Origin: a virus | Lineage: Duplodnaviria; Heunggongvirae; Uroviricota; Caudoviricetes | Strand: one strand, 5' to 3' | Virus record (IMG/VR): IMGVR_UViG_3300037484_000445 | Span: 1-64,000 of that record | Length of the DNA: 64,000 nucleotides | Shown here: piece after piece, positions 34,008 to 44,335 of the stretch | Numbering within the stretch: the first letter of the stretch is position 1 | Layout: every line of letters begins with the position of its first letter | Translations under genes and position numbers: made by a program | The notes under the pieces: model-generated | Databases searched by the model: none | The model's input: only the letters and a program-made list of their open reading frames with translations | Told to the model about the DNA's origin: nothing

Positions 34008-37000
34008 GTGGATACCCGTTTGTTTCGCATAGAGACCCGTCCAGGGAGGCTCCGTACTCAGGACCTCCCTTTATTGGCTCGGGCCCTGGTCGGCTACTAT
34101 AAGGGCCAGGTCAAGGTCAAGACGGGTATTACTCGAAACCTTCGGTACGTCAGACTTGAAGCTCCCAGTTTTCACGTCCAAGTCTTGGCGGAGGACTGGG
34201 CTAGGATATTACCCTACATCCAAAACGATGACTTCAACCAGCTGATCACTAAGGCCCAGCCGGACTCGGTTTACAAAAACCCTCTTGTGGCCCATGACGT
34301 CGCGATTGTCGATCAAACGGACCGTCAATACTACAACAGGATCCTTGGCGTTCTTGGCACGATCTTCACTGAAGCCTACCCAACAGCTCGACGTCCTTTT
34401 GGCTTCGACCGTATTTTGCTGGATGCCCTAAGTATCGTCGACTTTGCTTCGCCCTCGAAGGACTACGATATCTTCGCTTCGGATGTCCTTAGCGTCACGG
34501 ATCAAGAAGCTGTAGAAATTGAAGTATTCCCGAATGAGGTCATCAGCGTCACCGACCAGGTAAGTATTGACCTGGACTACAACATCTACGTTTCGGATGC
34601 ACTGAATCTTCCGGACCAGGTCAGGACCTATTTAGACTACGATGTTACCGTTGCCGCTGATAGTGTGGCTTTGGTTGATGACATTGACATTGAGGTTGAG
34701 GTCTCCCCTGGAGAAGTCGTAAGTGTCACTGATCAGGTAACTGTCGTTTCAGAGTTCGAACGCCTACCTCTCGATTTGGTTAGCTCTACAGATCTGACGG
34801 CCACAGATCTCTACTTCAATAGGACCGCGTCGGACGTACTTGTCGTAGCGGATCAAGCAAGCATTGAAGTTGGCATCTCCAATTCAGACACTCTCGATCT
34901 TACGGATCAAGTTGCGACGGCCCTTGTTTTCGGAGCCCTTGTTTCAGATGCCCTTGTCGTCACCGACCAAATCGGTATCGATCTGGTCTACGGTGTCATT
35001 GCCTCGGACTCGAATTCAATCACAGATGACATCACCGCGGTTTTGGACATTGGGGCAACACTTACGGACACCATCAGTGTCGCCGACCAAATCGGCACAT
35101 CACTAAACTTCGGTGTTATTGTTTCCGATACTGCAACTCTTACGGACCAGACCAACACAGCTCTTGAATTTGGGGTCTTCGTCTCGGACACCCTTTCCCT
35201 TGTAGACCAGGTGGGTACAACTGTAGATGCCACCCTTACGGACCAGGTCACCTTTACGGACCAGGTTGTCTCGGATCTTAGTTTCAGTCGATTGGTTTCG
35301 GATGCCGATCAGGTTACCGACCAAGTTGCGACGGCCCTCGTCTTTAGTGTGTTAGGTTCGGACACTCTCACTCTCACCGACCAAGCTTCAGCGTCACTCT
35401 ACTTGGAGGTCAGTCGTTCAGATCTTCTGTCGATTACCGATGCCCTGAGCCTCGAGACCTTTATCACAAGTTCCGATGCTATTGACTTGAGTGACGCCCT
35501 ATCCACGGCCCTAAGCTACAATGTCAACCTCTTCGATGCAACCTCGGTAGATGACCAGTTGAGCATCGAGGTCTTGAACACTTCCTTTGACACGATCAGT
35601 ATTGCGGACCAGGTTAGTGTAGCCCTCAGTCTCAATATCACTCTTGTTGATACCGTTTCTATTCTGGACCAGGTCTCCTCTGAAGTATCCATTTCATTCT
35701 CGGATACCGTTGGGGTTACGGACCAGGTGGATGCCTCGGTGGACTTTGGTGTCTTTGCCGCGGACGTGCTCACCGTCACTGACCAAGCATCTACGGCTCA
35801 AACCATTAGCGTTACCGCGTCGGATTCGCTCACTCTCGTAGATGAAGTTAGCTTCGTCCAAGATGCCACGATCTTCGTGTCGGATGCCGTCACGGTCGTT
35901 GATCAGGTTCACACTTCGGTCGATTTCGTTGTAGCGAATTCTGACGCAGTGCTCGTCACGGACGATGTCACTACGAACACCGGTCTCGATATTTCACTTT
36001 CCGATGCGATTGCGATCACAGATACGGCCACCCCCTCTAGGGATCTTGCGTTGTTTGTGTCCGATTCGATTGGCATCACGGACAGCTTCAGTAAGACCGT
36101 ATACGTCACGGCCACGGATTCCCTTGTCCTTACAGATCAGACAAGCACTTCTAGAGTTATAGCTAGGCGAGTTCAAGACACGGTTCTTACGACGGATAGT
36201 GCTCGGGCAAGTCGTGAGTTAGCTGTCGTGGTATCCGATGCCATTAGTGTGACGGACAGCTCAATCTCTGGTCGTGGCGAGGACCTGTTCATCAACGATA
36301 CTTTGAGTGCCTCTGACCAGGTTTCCTTGGCCTTGTCCTACAATAAGACGGTCTCCGATGCTGTGACCGTAGCGGATCAAACGCAATTAGCCCTTGCTTA
36401 CAACATTCCCGTAACCGAGTACATTGCTCTTACCGATCAGGCCCGGACTAGTTTGGTCTTTGGCATCGTGTGCTCGGATGTTGTGAGTGTCACCGATCAA
36501 CTAGCCTCAGTTGAGAGGTTCGTGGGCGTCTCGGATGCGATCTCCGTTTCAGACCAGACGGTTTTGGGTGTCAGTTATGCCAGGGAGTTGTCTGACTCCG
36601 TTAGTACTTCAGATCAGTCCGGTGCGGGTTATGTCGTTGCAGGGGATGCTTCAGACACTACAGATGTCTCGGACCTTGTGTCGATCGTTGTAGACAAAGG
36701 CGTTGCAGACGTCCTCAGTATTTCTGACCAAATCCTACCTGAGATCTCTTATGTAAGAGATTTTGCAGACGTCATCAGTCTCTCGGATTACACCTTAGCT
36801 GAGAGGATTATTGAGGTATTCGACGCCCTCACGGTAACAGACCAGGTGTCCTTGGCTTTCTCGTACGCTAGAAGTGGCACCGACACCCTAAGTACGACGG
36901 ATCAGATTAGCACAGCGGTTAGCGCCTCGGTCATAGCTTCCGACGCCCTTGGCCTTACAGATCAGGCTACAACTTCAGTTACTATTGCTCTCGTTGCTTC

Positions 37001-37274
37001 GGACGCAGTAGACATTTCAGACGCAGCCATCGCTGAAATTGAGATTTCTGCGGCCGACGCCATCAGCGTGGACGACTCTTTGCTTAGGGAGACAGACACC
37101 CAGCGTTTTGTGTCGGACACTGACAGCCTTACAGATCAAGTCGTTGCATCGTTGACATCAGATCGTACCCCTTCAGACTCAATCAATACATCGGACTTGA
37201 TTGCTATTGAGGTGATAATCTCTGCGGCCGACACTCTTAGTACTTCCGACTCAGTTAGCGCCGAGTTGGTCTAA
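34008..37274 (+). CDS. large acidic repeat protein, putative virion fibre/structural protein
   Basis: dozens of SD-x4-DQ repeats (about 15-19 aa). Confidence 0.65.
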   Translation: MDTRLFRIETRPGRLRTQDLPLLARALVGYYKGQVKVKTGITRNLRYVRLEAPSFHVQVLAEDWARILPYIQNDDFNQLITKAQPDSVYKNPLVAHDVAIVDQTDRQYYNRILGVLGTIFTEAYPTARRPFGFDRILLDALSIVDFASPSKDYDIFASDVLSVTDQEAVEIEVFPNEVISVTDQVSIDLDYNIYVSDALNLPDQVRTYLDYDVTVAADSVALVDDIDIEVEVSPGEVVSVTDQVTVVSEFERLPLDLVSSTDLTATDLYFNRTASDVLVVADQASIEVGISNSDTLDLTDQVATALVFGALVSDALVVTDQIGIDLVYGVIASDSNSITDDITAVLDIGATLTDTISVADQIGTSLNFGVIVSDTATLTDQTNTALEFGVFVSDTLSLVDQVGTTVDATLTDQVTFTDQVVSDLSFSRLVSDADQVTDQVATALVFSVLGSDTLTLTDQASASLYLEVSRSDLLSITDALSLETFITSSDAIDLSDALSTALSYNVNLFDATSVDDQLSIEVLNTSFDTISIADQVSVALSLNITLVDTVSILDQVSSEVSISFSDTVGVTDQVDASVDFGVFAADVLTVTDQASTAQTISVTASDSLTLVDEVSFVQDATIFVSDAVTVVDQVHTSVDFVVANSDAVLVTDDVTTNTGLDISLSDAIAITDTATPSRDLALFVSDSIGITDSFSKTVYVTATDSLVLTDQTSTSRVIARRVQDTVLTTDSARASRELAVVVSDAISVTDSSISGRGEDLFINDTLSASDQVSLALSYNKTVSDAVTVADQTQLALAYNIPVTEYIALTDQARTSLVFGIVCSDVVSVTDQLASVERFVGVSDAISVSDQTVLGVSYARELSDSVSTSDQSGAGYVVAGDASDTTDVSDLVSIVVDKGVADVLSISDQILPEISYVRDFADVISLSDYTLAERIIEVFDALTVTDQVSLAFSYARSGTDTLSTTDQISTAVSASVIASDALGLTDQATTSVTIALVASDAVDISDAAIAEIEISAADAISVDDSLLRETDTQRFVSDTDSLTDQVVASLTSDRTPSDSINTSDLIAIEVIISAADTLSTSDSVSAELV

Positions 37275-37335
37275 TGAAATCCTAGAATGAGCAACCCGAG
37301 GACACACATGAAGTGTCCATACACATGAGGGTAAC

Positions 37336-37554
37336 ATGAGCATCGATCCATCTGGCACGACACCTGGTTTAGCCCCCAAAGCTGAAGAGAAGCCCCCCAT
37401 CGTCAGCATGCGTTGCAAGGGGACCAACTGTGACTCTATGGACTTCAACGAGATTAAGGTTGAGGGTCCTGAGCATCAAGGCCTTCGGGTCTATCGTTGT
37501 TGCAAGTGCGGCCACGTTCAGACCATTTCTGTTGGTGGTGCCTTCAATTTGTGA
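37336..37554 (+). CDS. small zinc-ribbon protein
   Basis: CKGTNC..YRCCKCGH; GAGG SD. Confidence 0.7.
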   Translation: MSIDPSGTTPGLAPKAEEKPPIVSMRCKGTNCDSMDFNEIKVEGPEHQGLRVYRCCKCGHVQTISVGGAFNL

Positions 37555-37562
37555 GTTCAACC

Positions 37563-38243
37563 ATGGACAAGACTGACCTTGATGCTTTTGAGCGTACCCT
37601 TGTAGAGATCAACCCGGGCATCAAGGTCAGGTTCAAGGATGAGTCCTTGTTCCAGAAGGCTTTGGGCCTTTTGGTTAGGCCTTTCAACCCCACGTTTTTG
37701 ACGGAATATACGACTACTATCGGAAGCACGGTGTACTTCCCTTCTCGGGAGTTCTATTACGCTAAGCCTGAATCAAGCTTTAGCATCCTTGCTCACGAGT
37801 ATGTACACATCTGGGACTTCAAGCGGGATCGCTGGTTTAAGTTTAAGTACCTTTTCCCACAAATTTTGGGTTTGGTGCCCTTGGTAGTCTTTGGTCTGTT
37901 TGTTTGGTTCTCTGCATGGTGGTGGTTGTCCTTGTTGGGACTGGTCGCTGTGGCTCCTTGGCCAGCAAAAAAACGCACATCATACGAACTCCGGGGTTAC
38001 GGCATGAACGTCGCCATAGCTCAGTGGGTATACGGACGGGTTCAACCCAGTTCGTTGACACACATAGTGGATCAGTTTGTGGGATCCAGTTACTACTACA
38101 TGTGTCGTGACCGGAAGTATGTAGAAGGCGAGCTAGAATCCTTTCGACAGCAGGCGGCATTGGGGGTTTTGCAGAACTATGCTCCCTATGATGTGGCCTA
38201 CCGTTTTCTTTCTTCGCGTAACAACCTATTGCCAAAGTCCTGA
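37563..38243 (+). CDS. membrane-associated HExxH metallopeptidase-like protein
   Basis: LAHEYVHI, hydrophobic segment, downstream E (YELRGY). Confidence 0.65.
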   Translation: MDKTDLDAFERTLVEINPGIKVRFKDESLFQKALGLLVRPFNPTFLTEYTTTIGSTVYFPSREFYYAKPESSFSILAHEYVHIWDFKRDRWFKFKYLFPQILGLVPLVVFGLFVWFSAWWWLSLLGLVAVAPWPAKKRTSYELRGYGMNVAIAQWVYGRVQPSSLTHIVDQFVGSSYYYMCRDRKYVEGELESFRQQAALGVLQNYAPYDVAYRFLSSRNNLLPKS

Positions 38244-38248
38244 AAAAC

Positions 38249-38482
38249 ATGCCCGAGTCAGGTAGCTGTATTCGGTGTCTTCGGTGTAGTAGCCTGAAAG
38301 TCGAGGCAACTGGATCGGATGCGACCCGTTATGTATGTTCTGGTTGTGGCCAGCATTATGTGATGGTAATGCACATGGTTCCGGTTGACACACACACGCA
38401 AGTAGCTTTGTTGGAGGCACCCCTTGTTGAATCAGGTCCAAGAACAGACGGAAGGAGTGAGGTACCTAACGAAGGTCGTTGA
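38249..38482 (+). CDS. small zinc-ribbon protein
   Basis: CLRC..CSGC. Confidence 0.5.
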   Translation: MPESGSCIRCLRCSSLKVEATGSDATRYVCSGCGQHYVMVMHMVPVDTHTQVALLEAPLVESGPRTDGRSEVPNEGR

Positions 38483-39371
38483 GGGCACCTACACATCGCC
38501 GTTGCTGCTCGTTGGTGAAGAGGGCGTTGGGAAACGGTTCTCCGTTCTTCAGGCTATCAAGCAATCGGCTTCTCAAGGGAATCCTGAAGATCCCGCCATC
38601 TTTCAGATCGACTCCAAGGCCCATCCGGACGTTAGTATCATTGAATCCGAAGGTGGTAAGGACATAGGCATCGACGCTGTTCGTGGCGTGCTCTCAAGAG
38701 CGGTCACTTACCCTATGATGGCCCCTTACAAGTACCTCGTGGTAGATGGGGCTGACCGCCTCACCATCCCTGCTGCTAACGCCATTTTGAAGACGTTGGA
38801 AGAGCCACCGGAGAAGACCCGATTTTTTCTGATTGCTGAATCTTCGGACCGGGTGATACCCACCATTCGTTCACGTTGCAGTAGGGTTCGCTACAAGCGT
38901 TTGAGTGAGAAATTCGTCCTAGAAACAGTCCGGAACTTTGTTCCTGACGTGACTAAGTCACTTGTCTACACGCGTCTGGCAGAAGGATCGCTAGGAAGAG
39001 CTCTTTACTACTTCGGTTCGAGTCGTTTAGGTCTTCGTGACCGTTCCTTCGGCCTAATCAAATCCGGCCTCAGTGGGGATCTTTCTTCACTTTTTTCGGC
39101 TGTGAACAACATCGGCAAAGAAGACCTTGGCCTCGCGCTTCGTTTTTTTGAACACCTCCTATACGACTTAGCCATGCTCCCTTACGCACCCGACAAAGTA
39201 GCTAATCTGGACTTGGTAGACGAGTTACAGTCGGTACGGTCCAGCCTTGGGGATAAGCGTATACGTGGATTGCAGCGTGGCTTGTACGATTTGTTGCTTC
39301 GGTCTAGGTACACGCAAATCACTCTAGATTTCCACGTAAAGACCTATCTCGCTCTAGCCTTTACGGAGTAA
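38424..39371 (+). CDS. holB: DNA polymerase III delta' (clamp loader)
   Basis: GEEGVGK, HPDV, AANAILKTLEEPP, PTIRSRC. Confidence 0.92.
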   Translation: MLNQVQEQTEGVRYLTKVVEGTYTSPLLLVGEEGVGKRFSVLQAIKQSASQGNPEDPAIFQIDSKAHPDVSIIESEGGKDIGIDAVRGVLSRAVTYPMMAPYKYLVVDGADRLTIPAANAILKTLEEPPEKTRFFLIAESSDRVIPTIRSRCSRVRYKRLSEKFVLETVRNFVPDVTKSLVYTRLAEGSLGRALYYFGSSRLGLRDRSFGLIKSGLSGDLSSLFSAVNNIGKEDLGLALRFFEHLLYDLAMLPYAPDKVANLDLVDELQSVRSSLGDKRIRGLQRGLYDLLLRSRYTQITLDFHVKTYLALAFTE

Positions 39372-39382
39372 GAACTTCCACC

Positions 39383-40354
39383 ATGGCGAGATCTGCTGGA
39401 CCATTTACTATTGTTTACGGAGATGAGAGTTTCCTCCTCGACAGGGCCATTGAGACCAAGCGTCTTCAGTGGAAGCAGCAGAAACGTAGCACAACTCTTT
39501 TGGATGGTGAGTCCACAACGGAAGGGCAATTCTTGGCCCTTTGTGAGACACAGTCTATCTTTGAGGATGACCTTCGAGCTATCGTTTTGGACAACGCTCA
39601 AGAGCTGAAGGTTGGGAAGCGTTTGGAAGGCTACCTTACGAACAAGAACCCCAAGGACTTATCGACGATCATCTTGATCGTGTACCGGGGTGCCAACTTG
39701 GCCAAGTCTTGGACGGAGGCCGTTAAAAAAGGCTCCGAGGAACACTACAACAAGTTCAAGCCTTGGGAGCTTGATAAGGTTTACAAGCGTACGGTGGACG
39801 AAGCCAAACAGTTGGGGTTGCGTCTGGGTAAAGGAGTTCCCGAGATGCTCCACTATGCTCTTGGGGACAACCTTCGATTAGTCGTGAACGAGCTCAGGAA
39901 GCTCTCCTATTTAGTAGGGCCTAACGGTCTGGTTGAGAAGGTTGACGCAGCCTCTGTTGTCGCTCCAGATGTCCCCGTTGAGCCTTGGCAAGTGGCCGAG
40001 GCAGCACTTTCGAAAAACCCTGTGAAGGCCATGAATCTTGTAGCCCTGTTGCACGCCTACATGGGTGACGGATTCGTTGTTCCTGTTACGATTGGCCTGC
40101 AGCGACAAGTAGAGAAAATCCTAGTGGCTCGGCAAATGTTGGACAAGGGTGATGCCATTTCCACTATTGCGGCGGCCATGGATAAGTCTGAGTTCTTCTG
40201 CCAGAAGAACGTAATCCCTGTAGCTCGAAGACACACAGTCAGAGAACTCCTTGGGCATATGAACACACTATGTAAATTAGAGTCTAGGGTAAAAGGGGCG
40301 GCTCGATCCAAACGAACCCTGGTTGAGCTAGCCGTGTTGTCCATTGCAGCGTGA
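39383..40354 (+). CDS. holA: DNA polymerase III delta (clamp loader)
   Basis: YGDESFL, SIF, NELRKL..; follows holB. Confidence 0.85.
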   Translation: MARSAGPFTIVYGDESFLLDRAIETKRLQWKQQKRSTTLLDGESTTEGQFLALCETQSIFEDDLRAIVLDNAQELKVGKRLEGYLTNKNPKDLSTIILIVYRGANLAKSWTEAVKKGSEEHYNKFKPWELDKVYKRTVDEAKQLGLRLGKGVPEMLHYALGDNLRLVVNELRKLSYLVGPNGLVEKVDAASVVAPDVPVEPWQVAEAALSKNPVKAMNLVALLHAYMGDGFVVPVTIGLQRQVEKILVARQMLDKGDAISTIAAAMDKSEFFCQKNVIPVARRHTVRELLGHMNTLCKLESRVKGAARSKRTLVELAVLSIAA

Positions 40355-40365
40355 GAGAAGTACCT

Positions 40366-42306
40366 ATGGAGATCGTTGACACCACCAAAACAGTTCAACT
40401 TAGGCTGCGTGAAGAGTTCCTAGAGCCTTACCGGCAGAAGGGTGACCCGTTCAATTCTCTCCTGGCCCGTTCGACGTACTTGACTAAGTACTGTCGTGGT
40501 GGTGTAGAGACTTGGACGGACACAATCAGGCGTGTAGTCGAAGGAAATGCCAATCTCGCTCCGGGCGTTTCAGAGAATGAAGCCCAGCTCCTATTCCATA
40601 TGTTTTGGACAGGGCAGTCTTTGCCTCCTGGTCGAGGACTTTGGACTGGTGGTGTTGAAGGGATCCCGGCTGATGCCCGCTTCAATTGCTGGTACACTAC
40701 CCTCTACTCGCCTGAGGATTGGTGTTGGGTTGCTAACCAGCTCATGCTGGGTGGTGGCGTCGGAGTAGGCCTTAGTGATATCGATTCTATGCCTACTTCT
40801 GCCGAAGCACCTGCTAGGTTCGCCATTTGGTGTCGTTCTGATCACAAGGACATCGTCGAGGTCACGCCTGAGGGCCCTTCTTTCCTGAATGGTACGACCC
40901 CTGTTTACCGTGCAGCAGATTCACGTGAGGGTTGGGTTACGGCTCTTCGTCGAGTTCTGACGGCTGCCTACGAAGGCAAGGACTTAGTAGTCGACGTATC
41001 GGACATTCGAAATCGTGGGTCTCTTATCAAGACCTTCGGGGGCATTGCTTGTGGCCCAGGGCCTTTGGCAAACCTATTGAGAGCTTCTTGGAAAATTATC
41101 CGTGGAGCTGCGGGTAGGCGACTCAACAGCATTGAATGCCTTGACATTACCAACCACATTGGCTTGTGCATCAAGAGCGGCAATGTTCGACGAAGTGCCC
41201 TAATCGTTTTAGGTCAGGCAGGGGATCAGGATTTTCGTGACGCCAAGAAGGACTTTGAGGCTGTCATAAGTCATCGTCACACATCGAACAACAGCATAGT
41301 ATTTCGTTCTTCGGACCAGATCGAGAACTTTGACTGGAAGAGCCTAGTGGAAGACAATATCCACTTCGGTGAGCCCGGTATTCTCAATCTGCCCTTAGTA
41401 TGGCGTACGGATCCCGGGGCTAAGGGTATCAATCCTTGCGGTGAGCAGGCCCTCCATGATCGGGAGTCTTGTAACCTGGCCGAAGTATTCCCTGCCAAGT
41501 TCGAGAGCAACACCGATGCCGGTATGATGTTCCGGTTGGTGACGCGCTATTGCATCCGTCAACGACTGACACCACTTTTGGACCCACAAAGCCATGCTGT
41601 GGGGCTCAAGAACATGCGTGTCGGCGTAGGCTTAGGGGGTCTTTGCGACTTCAACTGGACCCCGGAAACATTAGCCACCTGGTTCGGTATGTGTCGTCAG
41701 GAAGCTGATGCTTATGCCGACGAACTTGGTGTTAGCCGCCCTATCACAGTTACGACCGTTAAGCCAAGTGGTACGATTAGCCTACTCAACGGATCGTCTC
41801 CCGGCATACATGCTCCTCACGCTCCTTACTATATTCGACGTACTCGCATTGCCAAGAACGACCCCATGGCTATGGCCATGATGGAAGCGGGTGTGCCATT
41901 TGATGAGGACATCTACGACACCAAGGGGAATACCTGGGTTTTCGAATTCCCAACCAAAGCCGCCCACACGAACTCGAGTTCCAAGACTGAGACCGTAAGA
42001 GAGCAATTTCAACGTCAGGCTACTGTTCAAGAATGGTGGGCGGACAACGCCGTGTCGGCTACCCTCAACTTCACCCCCGATACTGAGAGAGAAGAGTTGG
42101 CTAATTGCCTAAAGGAGTTCGTCCCACGGCTGAAAAGCACCTCATGCCTTCCTCGTACGCACGGCTACAAGCAACCCCCTTATGAGGAGATCGACGAGTT
42201 AACATTCCACCGCATGTCTTCTTTGATTGATAACAACCACCCGCTAGTCCATGGTGGTGATATCGAGGTCGAAGAGTGTTCCAGCGGGTCTTGTCCGGTA
42301 CGTTAG
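40366..42306 (+). CDS. nrdJ: class II adenosylcobalamin-dependent ribonucleotide reductase
   Basis: PPGRGLW, FNC, GNVRRSA, NPCGE, CNL, TVKPSGT, C-terminal CSSGSCP. Confidence 0.95.
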   Translation: MEIVDTTKTVQLRLREEFLEPYRQKGDPFNSLLARSTYLTKYCRGGVETWTDTIRRVVEGNANLAPGVSENEAQLLFHMFWTGQSLPPGRGLWTGGVEGIPADARFNCWYTTLYSPEDWCWVANQLMLGGGVGVGLSDIDSMPTSAEAPARFAIWCRSDHKDIVEVTPEGPSFLNGTTPVYRAADSREGWVTALRRVLTAAYEGKDLVVDVSDIRNRGSLIKTFGGIACGPGPLANLLRASWKIIRGAAGRRLNSIECLDITNHIGLCIKSGNVRRSALIVLGQAGDQDFRDAKKDFEAVISHRHTSNNSIVFRSSDQIENFDWKSLVEDNIHFGEPGILNLPLVWRTDPGAKGINPCGEQALHDRESCNLAEVFPAKFESNTDAGMMFRLVTRYCIRQRLTPLLDPQSHAVGLKNMRVGVGLGGLCDFNWTPETLATWFGMCRQEADAYADELGVSRPITVTTVKPSGTISLLNGSSPGIHAPHAPYYIRRTRIAKNDPMAMAMMEAGVPFDEDIYDTKGNTWVFEFPTKAAHTNSSSKTETVREQFQRQATVQEWWADNAVSATLNFTPDTEREELANCLKEFVPRLKSTSCLPRTHGYKQPPYEEIDELTFHRMSSLIDNNHPLVHGGDIEVEECSSGSCPVR

Positions 42307-42450
42307 AGATTTCACGTGTCTACACAGTTGGCTCGGCCACATTGGTGGTGTGGCCGAGCAGGGTTTGAGGGCTAATTATGTAGCGTGACTTCTGAAGATT
42401 CTCCCTCAAATAGGTTTCTGTGTGTTCGTTGGTTGGTGTAGCTGCTGAAG

Positions 42451-44331
42451 ATGAGCACCTCCGAACGAATTGCCTGGTTGGAGGACAAACTCCGTCAGGC
42501 GAGTGCAGATTATTATGGCGGCGCGGCTAGCGTTGAGGACGAAGTCTACGAGTCCTGGAAGGAAGAGCTAGCAGCCTTGAAATCGGACAGTCCTGTCCTT
42601 CGAGCTATTGGAGCCCCGCCGACTTCGGAGTGTCCTAAAGTTCGACATAAGATCCCTATGGGATCTCTGGATAAGGTTCAAACCCCTGAGGCTATGCGTG
42701 CTTGGATGGCCAAAATGGGTAATAGGCGATGCTTACTTTCTGACAAATTGGATGGCCTATCCATTTCGCTGGAATACCAACGGGGTAAGTTAATCCAGGC
42801 GTTAACTCGAGGGGACGGATTCACGGGTGAGGATGTCACGGGAAACGTCGCCAAAATGCGACGCAACATTGATAGTCGTATGGATTCCTTACCTAGTTCC
42901 TCTGTGGAGGGTATCTTCAGAGGGGAGATCGTGGTCTTTAAGGAAGACCACCTGAAATACTTTGCACACCAGGCCAATACTAGAAATTCAGCCGCTGGCA
43001 CTGTTAGACGCTCGGATGGTACGGGCTGCGAATACCTGTATGTTCTCGTGTACCAGATCATTGAAGGATCTGATGCAACCACTGCTTACGGGCAGATGAT
43101 GGATCTCAATGGCTTTGGCTTCAAAACTCCGGAGTTCTATCTTACTGAAGACCCCACTTGGTATTGGGAACAATACCAAGAGCACAAGCGATCTTCGTTA
43201 CCTTATGATATCGATGGATTGGTCATATCAATCAACGATCTGGCGGACCAGTATGCCCTTGGTGAGACAGATGGTCGTCCCAATGGGGCTATGGCCTTCA
43301 AATTCCCTCCCCCTAAGGGTGTGACTATCTTGCGAGACATTATCTGGCAAGTCGGGGGTACTGGGCGTATCACGCCTGTGGCCGTCTTTGACGAGGTCAA
43401 TCTTCTGGGTACCAAGGTTACTCGGGCCAGTCTCTACAACCAAGAGTATATCGAGCAGTTGGGCCTCGACATAGGCGCTCGGATCATCGTAGCAAGGGCC
43501 AACGACGTAATCCCGAGAGTTGTTAGTGTCATCGAGAGCACGGGTACCGTAGCTAAGCCCCCAAAGACGTGCCCGGTGTGTGGTTCAACCACTGAAAAGG
43601 ACGGGGAATACATCATCTGTCCCAACACTTCTGAGTGCTCGGCCCAAACGGTTGGGCGTCTCAAGCAGTGGATCCGTGAACTGGGTATCCTGGAATGGGG
43701 TGATAGCTTGCTGCAGCGTCTGGTCGATGAAGGCCTCGTACGGAGCGTTGCTGACCTTTACAGGCTCTCCAAGGACAACCTGGCGGCTCTGGACCGTATG
43801 GGTGACAGGTCCGCCGAGAAGGTCTTTGGGACGCTACAGTCAGCAAAGACTCTTCCCTTGGCCCAATTCCTTGGAGCCCAAAGCATACCACTTTGTGCGA
43901 CATCCACTTTGGAGTTGGTCATCAACGCGGGGTTCGATTCTCTAGACAGGCTCCACACGGCATTCCTTGCTGACTTCGAGCGTATTTCAGGGATGGGCCC
44001 CAAGAGGGCCGCTGCCTTACATGATTGGTTGCGCAAGAATGCCTCTGTCATCCAAGATCTGTTGGATGCCGGGGTCAGCATCAAAGCTCGGGCTATCGGG
44101 GCTCTGACGGGCAAGTCTGTGTGCTTTACGGGCAAGTCCGTTCGTAAACGGGGTGAGCTCGAACAAATGGCTGTGGATGCCGGTGGCTCAGTGAAGAATT
44201 CGGTCGGAAAGGGTTTGACCTTCTTGGTTTTGGTCGATCCCAATTCTACATCTTCGAAAGCTCAGGCAGCAAGGCGAGGCGGAACGACCTGCATTTCTGA
44301 AGAAGACTTCGTGAAACTGTGTGGAGGCTAA
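42451..44331 (+). CDS. ligA: NAD-dependent DNA ligase
   Basis: MGSL.K, KLDG, TRGDG, RGE, DGLVI, Zn finger, HhH, BRCT. Confidence 0.97.
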   Translation: MSTSERIAWLEDKLRQASADYYGGAASVEDEVYESWKEELAALKSDSPVLRAIGAPPTSECPKVRHKIPMGSLDKVQTPEAMRAWMAKMGNRRCLLSDKLDGLSISLEYQRGKLIQALTRGDGFTGEDVTGNVAKMRRNIDSRMDSLPSSSVEGIFRGEIVVFKEDHLKYFAHQANTRNSAAGTVRRSDGTGCEYLYVLVYQIIEGSDATTAYGQMMDLNGFGFKTPEFYLTEDPTWYWEQYQEHKRSSLPYDIDGLVISINDLADQYALGETDGRPNGAMAFKFPPPKGVTILRDIIWQVGGTGRITPVAVFDEVNLLGTKVTRASLYNQEYIEQLGLDIGARIIVARANDVIPRVVSVIESTGTVAKPPKTCPVCGSTTEKDGEYIICPNTSECSAQTVGRLKQWIRELGILEWGDSLLQRLVDEGLVRSVADLYRLSKDNLAALDRMGDRSAEKVFGTLQSAKTLPLAQFLGAQSIPLCATSTLELVINAGFDSLDRLHTAFLADFERISGMGPKRAAALHDWLRKNASVIQDLLDAGVSIKARAIGALTGKSVCFTGKSVRKRGELEQMAVDAGGSVKNSVGKGLTFLVLVDPNSTSSKAQAARRGGTTCISEEDFVKLCGG

Positions 44332-44335
44332 GTTT

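Noticed and set aside
34008-37274. Diversity-generating retroelement or DNA tandem repeat
   Set aside because: Repeats are protein-level with synonymous divergence; no reverse transcriptase or TR/VR pair seen
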